In this document: positions 25,389 to 29,895 of the stretch, piece by piece
Layout of the letters: the number at the start of each line of letters is the position of its first letter
Numbering within the stretch: the first letter of the stretch is position 1
Source of the DNA: a virus
Taxonomy: Duplodnaviria; Caudoviricetes
Length of the DNA: 29,895 bases
Reading direction: 5' to 3' (one strand)
IMG/VR virus record: IMGVR_UViG_3300030372_000660
Span: 1-29,895 of that record
Notes under the pieces: generated by a model
What the model was told of the DNA's origin: nothing
Seen by the model: only the letters and a program-made list of their open reading frames with translations
Databases searched by the model: none
Program-made: the position numbers and the translations under genes

Positions 25389-25808
25389 ATGCCAAATTCA
25401 AGGAATAAAGGTGCGGCTTTTGAAAGACTGATAGCAACAAATATGTCAGAAGAACTAGGATTGAATATAAAACTAAAAAGAATACTAGAACAAACTAGAG
25501 AAAAACATTTACCAGATTTAATTTTTGGTGACTGGTATTTAGAGTGCAAGCGATATGCTAGTGGTAAAGAACCTGCAACTGCATGGTGGCAACAAGTAGT
25601 AGATGCTTCTAAGGACAAGGGAACACCTACATTAATATATAAATTTGATAGGCAACCTATAAAAGTTAGGATACCATTACACTCAGTAAATAATAATTTA
25701 CCAGTAAATAATCTTATTACTTGCGATATATTTTTTGATGACTTTATTTACTTGATTAAATCGTTATACCCAGAACACATAGAAGAATATAACAGGAGGG
25801 CGGCATGA
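25389..25808 (+). CDS. PD-(D/E)XK nuclease (Holliday-junction-resolvase-like)
   Basis: SRNKGAAFER, PDL, LECKR and WWQQ motifs. Confidence 0.8.
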   Translation: MPNSRNKGAAFERLIATNMSEELGLNIKLKRILEQTREKHLPDLIFGDWYLECKRYASGKEPATAWWQQVVDASKDKGTPTLIYKFDRQPIKVRIPLHSVNNNLPVNNLITCDIFFDDFIYLIKSLYPEHIEEYNRRAA

Positions 25809-26011
25809 CTACAGAAGTAAAAACAGTTAGCTTGCCTATTCCTTCTCAAGAATACGATCCTATTGATCAAGAAATAACCAGAAGATTAATTGAACAAACA
25901 GTAGAAAATCTTTCTACTCAGTTAAAAAGTATAGAAAAAATAGATAGCAATCAGTTAAGTAATGCTATCAGAAAGAAACAATTCTTATTAATGGGTGTAA
26001 AACATGGCTGA
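25805..26011 (+). CDS. Hypothetical protein
   Basis: 68 aa, LP.P..EYD motif followed by a helix; RBS GGAGG. Confidence 0.6.
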   Translation: MTTEVKTVSLPIPSQEYDPIDQEITRRLIEQTVENLSTQLKSIEKIDSNQLSNAIRKKQFLLMGVKHG

Positions 26012-26342
26012 TGTACTAAAGGTACTAGGACAACTAGACCCAGCCGCAACCACCACTACAGTTTTATATACAGTTCCAGACATGACACAGACTACTATTA
26101 GTTCTATTGTTGCCGCGAATAGAACTGGTTCTGCTATTACATTTAGATTAAGTGTTCATGTAAATAATGCTGGAGCTGATGATAAACAATTTCTTTTTTA
26201 TGACAAAACAGTATCAGCAAATGATTCTTTCTCTATTGTGATTGGCATAACTTTAGGTCAAGGGGATGTATTGAAAGTACACACGAGTGCAGTAGATATG
26301 AGTTTTAATGTTTTTGGATGCGAAAGCACAGAGGTTAGATAA
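26004..26342 (+). CDS. Hypothetical virion protein
   Basis: KVLGQ..P..TT...LYTVP and GITL..GD.L motifs, beta-sandwich-like. Confidence 0.6.
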   Translation: MADVLKVLGQLDPAATTTTVLYTVPDMTQTTISSIVAANRTGSAITFRLSVHVNNAGADDKQFLFYDKTVSANDSFSIVIGITLGQGDVLKVHTSAVDMSFNVFGCESTEVR

Positions 26343-26344
26343 TA

Positions 26345-29300
26345 ATGGCACAATATAAAATACAACAGGGTGATACATTATCAGCGTTAGCAAGAAGGTA
26401 TGGCACATCAGTAGATGCGTTGATGCAAATGAATCCTCAAATTCAAGATAGAGATTTAATTTACTACGATAGGATGATGACAGTTCCCGGAGCTGATACA
26501 CCTCCTGTTGTAAGTCCTGTAGATAATGCACCTTCTACATCTTCATCTAGTCGTTATTTAAGCGGAGATATGTTTAGTCCAGAAACACTTGGTACTGCTG
26601 ACTCTTCAAATATGGATACTAGTGGCTCTTCAAATATGTTTGCTGATGCTTTTGGTACTGTAAAAGATTACATCAATGCTGAAAAACCATTTACTGGAGA
26701 GGAATATGCTAAATCTATAATAGAAGATCGACAAAAATTAATTGCTGATAATTATGGTACTAGCGGACAACCTACAATGGGTAATCTTTTTTCATCATTA
26801 GCTTCAGATGATGCAGTTGAATATGCTAAATCTCAAATGGTTGATCAAGATAAACTAGATGAAATATTAAGCGCACAACCTACAATGAGTGAAATTTTTT
26901 CACCAATAAAAGAATCAGTAGTCAAATCTGCAAATGATGCTGGACAAGCAGTAAGTGAAATAATTCAACAAGCACCAGATACTATTAAAGGAGCATTGTC
27001 TAGTTTTGCAAACAATGAAGTTGCGGCAATACTTGGAGGATTAAATAAAGCAGATAGATTTATCAAAGATGGTGATTTAAGTTTCTTAATGAAAAAATAT
27101 TCAGACTCTATTACAGATAAAGCTAAAGAAGGTTCAGAAAGTTTTGCTAAAAACATTGGTATTATAAGAAAAGATTTTATAGATAATCTTTCTGATTTTG
27201 CACAAGACAATAACTTAGATATGCAAAGTCTTGTAGAAGCTATCGATGTAGATGCTTTGTATGATGCAACTGGCATTAGAAACAGAAGAAAAGAAAGAGA
27301 AATAAGATTAGCAGAACAGAGAAGATTAGAATTAGAAAGACAAAGAAGAATGGCAGTAAACCAAAGAACTAGTGGTGTTCCTATTAGTTCATATGCAAAA
27401 GGTGGTCTAGCAGAACAAGCAAGAAATGTAGCGGCACAAGGTAGATTTGGAGATAGTATGCTACTTCATGTTAATCCAGCAGAAGTCGCTGGACTTTCAC
27501 AAGTTATGCCATTGACAGTCAATCCAGAAACAGGACAGCCAGAAGCCTTCTTGCCATTCTTGTTACCAATACTAGGAAGTATAGGTGGATCAGCATTAGC
27601 AGGATCAAGTCTATTAGCAGGTACAGCATTAGCTGGAAAAGCGGCTCTTTTAGGAGCAGTAGGTTCTGGTCTTGGAACATATGCGGCAACAGGTGATGCG
27701 AAGAAAGGATTGATGTCTGGTCTTATGGGATATGGTTTAGGTACAGCATTAGGTGCTGGAGCAAAAGCGGCAAATGCGGCAACAGGTGCAAAAGATGCGG
27801 CAGTTGCATCAGCTAATGCAACTCTTCCTGCTGGTGTAATGGGTCCACCAGTACCACCACCACCAGTAGTAGGTCCACCAGCACCTGTAGGAGCTAGTGG
27901 TAGTATATTTTCTAATGTTAAAGATATAGCATCAGCACCCAAAGAAGGACTAGGTGGATTCTTTACTCAAATGAGTAAACCATCTTCGTTTCTTCCAACT
28001 TATGTAGGTGCGGCAGGTTATGGGTTACAAAACTCTCAAGAAGATTTTCAACGATCTATGGAAGCTTTAAGAACACAAGATGAAGATGAATACAATCGTA
28101 TCTTAGCTGAACATCCTGAGTATGTTCCAATGTTGCAAAATCAAACTTTTCAAAGAGGGGGAAGGACAAAAGAGCAGTTAAAAAAAGAATTTAAACCTAC
28201 AGCCGCTATAGAAGCTAGAGAAATAGACCCATTCTTTATGCCGGGATTTCAAGCTGAAAGAGCTTATTTAAGAAATGTTAATCCTAGTTCTGGACAAATA
28301 ATTAGTGGTCAATCTGGTTATGCTTTTGGTACAGAAAGCGCAGATGCACCAATGTCTGCACCATTTGATCCAACACAAACAACAGGTTATCAATCATTTT
28401 ATAATGCACCTGTTACTCCATATGTATTAGACCCTTTTCAAAAACAAACATTTGAAAGAGGACCAGCACCTATAATGCCTGATCCTGTTCCTGTACCTTT
28501 AACTGAAACAGTTGCTGATGCACAGCCTAATGTACCTATATTTGTTCCTCCTGTAGAGGAAACAAGAGTTGAACCATTTAACCCTGCTAGTCTTATTAGT
28601 CCAGATAGTTTAAATGAAGTAGCTAATATGTTTACATCAGGAATGTCTAGAGAAGCAAGAGAAGAACGAGATACAGGAGTACCAACAGATATCATGGATA
28701 TGATTGCTCCACCGATGTCTACATCTACACCTATAATGTCAACTAATGAACCTATGATGATGGATACTTCTGGTTTATCAAGAGAAGAAATAGAATCAGG
28801 CGCATTTGATCCTTCTATGATGGCAACTCCTGCACCATTGCCTGCATCATTTTTTGATTACCTTCCTCCTCAACCTGTAACAACTGATACATCAGGTGGA
28901 TTTGGTGGACGAATGAGAAGTATAGGAGGGAGAGGTGGAGGAAGAAGAAGAAAAGCAGAAGGTGGTAAAACATATCCCAATGAAGGTTTAGAGGCTTTAG
29001 CTAAAAGTGGTGAAAAAGGTAAAGAAGCTGTAGAAGCAATGGGATATCAAGAAGGTGGCTTAACACAAGAAGCTATGTCTGATCCTGTTACACAAGAGGT
29101 TGTGAGATATATATCTGGGGAATCAGGTAATGATCAAATTGTAAGTCAATTTGTAAATAAATATGGAAATGAAGCATTTATGCAACTTAGAGAAATGATA
29201 TTACAACAGATGTCTGGAGGACAATCACAAACAGAAGGACTAATATCTGGTGCAAATATGGGAGGTATGACAGATGATTTACCTATGACTATTAGTGGTG

Positions 29301-29488
29301 ATCCAGCCGCAGTATCTCAAGGCGAATATATTGTACCTGCTGATGTAGTTTCAGGTTTAGGAGATGGAGATACTAACTCAGGTGCAAGAGTATTAGACGA
29401 TATGTTAGACAATGTTAGGCTAGCAAGAACAGGGACTACTAAACAAGCACCAAAATTATCTAGTACAGGAGCATTGATGCCAGCATGA
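26345..29488 (+). CDS. Large internal virion / DNA ejection-type protein with N-terminal LysM
   Basis: LysM (YKIQQGDTLSALARRYGTSVDAL..MNP.I...LI), GRFGDSMLLHVNP.E and NPETG.PEAF, a Gly/Ala hydrophobic stretch, and C-terminal S.GEYIVPADVVS.LGDG....GA..L. Confidence 0.65.
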   Translation: MAQYKIQQGDTLSALARRYGTSVDALMQMNPQIQDRDLIYYDRMMTVPGADTPPVVSPVDNAPSTSSSSRYLSGDMFSPETLGTADSSNMDTSGSSNMFADAFGTVKDYINAEKPFTGEEYAKSIIEDRQKLIADNYGTSGQPTMGNLFSSLASDDAVEYAKSQMVDQDKLDEILSAQPTMSEIFSPIKESVVKSANDAGQAVSEIIQQAPDTIKGALSSFANNEVAAILGGLNKADRFIKDGDLSFLMKKYSDSITDKAKEGSESFAKNIGIIRKDFIDNLSDFAQDNNLDMQSLVEAIDVDALYDATGIRNRRKEREIRLAEQRRLELERQRRMAVNQRTSGVPISSYAKGGLAEQARNVAAQGRFGDSMLLHVNPAEVAGLSQVMPLTVNPETGQPEAFLPFLLPILGSIGGSALAGSSLLAGTALAGKAALLGAVGSGLGTYAATGDAKKGLMSGLMGYGLGTALGAGAKAANAATGAKDAAVASANATLPAGVMGPPVPPPPVVGPPAPVGASGSIFSNVKDIASAPKEGLGGFFTQMSKPSSFLPTYVGAAGYGLQNSQEDFQRSMEALRTQDEDEYNRILAEHPEYVPMLQNQTFQRGGRTKEQLKKEFKPTAAIEAREIDPFFMPGFQAERAYLRNVNPSSGQIISGQSGYAFGTESADAPMSAPFDPTQTTGYQSFYNAPVTPYVLDPFQKQTFERGPAPIMPDPVPVPLTETVADAQPNVPIFVPPVEETRVEPFNPASLISPDSLNEVANMFTSGMSREAREERDTGVPTDIMDMIAPPMSTSTPIMSTNEPMMMDTSGLSREEIESGAFDPSMMATPAPLPASFFDYLPPQPVTTDTSGGFGGRMRSIGGRGGGRRRKAEGGKTYPNEGLEALAKSGEKGKEAVEAMGYQEGGLTQEAMSDPVTQEVVRYISGESGNDQIVSQFVNKYGNEAFMQLREMILQQMSGGQSQTEGLISGANMGGMTDDLPMTISGDPAAVSQGEYIVPADVVSGLGDGDTNSGARVLDDMLDNVRLARTGTTKQAPKLSSTGALMPA

Positions 29489-29895
29489 ATCAACCAGCAA
29501 CTAAGTTAGATACATACAAGTTTTCTGCAATACTTCCTGATGATGTATTTAAAATATGGAAAGATATAAAAAAATATTTGGAAAGATCATGCAAGCGATC
29601 TAATGGCAGACACACAGCAGATACTATTTATAAACAAATACTTACAGGTGAAGCTAATCTTTGGATAGCTTTTGAAGAAAATAAAAATGTAATAAAAGGA
29701 TGTGTAATTACTACATTTATATACTATCCAACAGGATTAAAAATGTTACATATATCTCAGCTAGCAGGTAAGAATATGGAAGATTGGATAGAATCTGGTA
29801 GACCAATATTAAATAGTTGGGCAAAAGACAATCAATGTGATGGCATAGAAGCAATGGGTAGAAAGGGATTTGCTCATTGGTCAACAAAGAAGGAC
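29485..29895 (+). CDS. Hypothetical GNAT-fold-like phage protein (3' truncated, absent from the track)
   Basis: ATGA-coupled; open to the window end: MNQPATKLDTYKFS...LWIAF...GCVIT...LAGKNMEDW...WAKDNQCDGIEAMGRKG. Confidence 0.65.
   Translation, partial: MNQPATKLDTYKFSAILPDDVFKIWKDIKKYLERSCKRSNGRHTADTIYKQILTGEANLWIAFEENKNVIKGCVITTFIYYPTGLKMLHISQLAGKNMEDWIESGRPILNSWAKDNQCDGIEAMGRKGFAHWSTKKD

Noticed and set aside
1230-28695. Other minus-strand ORFs in the track (e.g. 9730..10020, 11350..11712, 27466..27942)
   Set aside because: They lie antisense to well-supported + strand genes and contain no recognisable motifs.
1-29895. Stop-codon reassignment, tRNA genes, integrase or IS elements
   Set aside because: Standard-code ORFs tile the window, and TAA, TAG and TGA are all used as stops. 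I saw no cloverleaf, recombinase or transposase motifs.

Overview
This is an AT-rich, densely coded segment of a tailed dsDNA bacteriophage, all on the + strand. It resembles uncultured marine phages with a Mu gpT-like capsid and podovirus-style tail and ejection genes. The host is probably a Gram-negative proteobacterium (SecB, CsgF/CsgG, GH24 lysozyme). Gene order: partial portal, GroES, scaffold, capsid proteins, a structured RNA after the capsid gene, neck and tail genes, an accessory island (about 11.7-18.0 kb), basic micro-proteins, a thermonuclease, a curli-type csgF-csgG-curlin-FecR cassette inside the lysis region, holin and endolysin, a tail protein, a PD-(D/E)XK nuclease and a LysM-bearing ejection-type protein. 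The most striking observation is two paralogous Thr-rich proteins whose halves match in antiparallel register (Phe faces Lys/Arg). This predicts roughly 30-35 nm beta-hairpin ribbons. They flank two glycosyltransferase-like genes and are followed by SecB, a JmjC oxygenase and an acyl-CoA synthetase alpha-like gene, making a candidate phage glyco-fibre system. The window also appears to avoid GCWGC and CCWGG. All calls come from reading motifs by eye; no searches were run.
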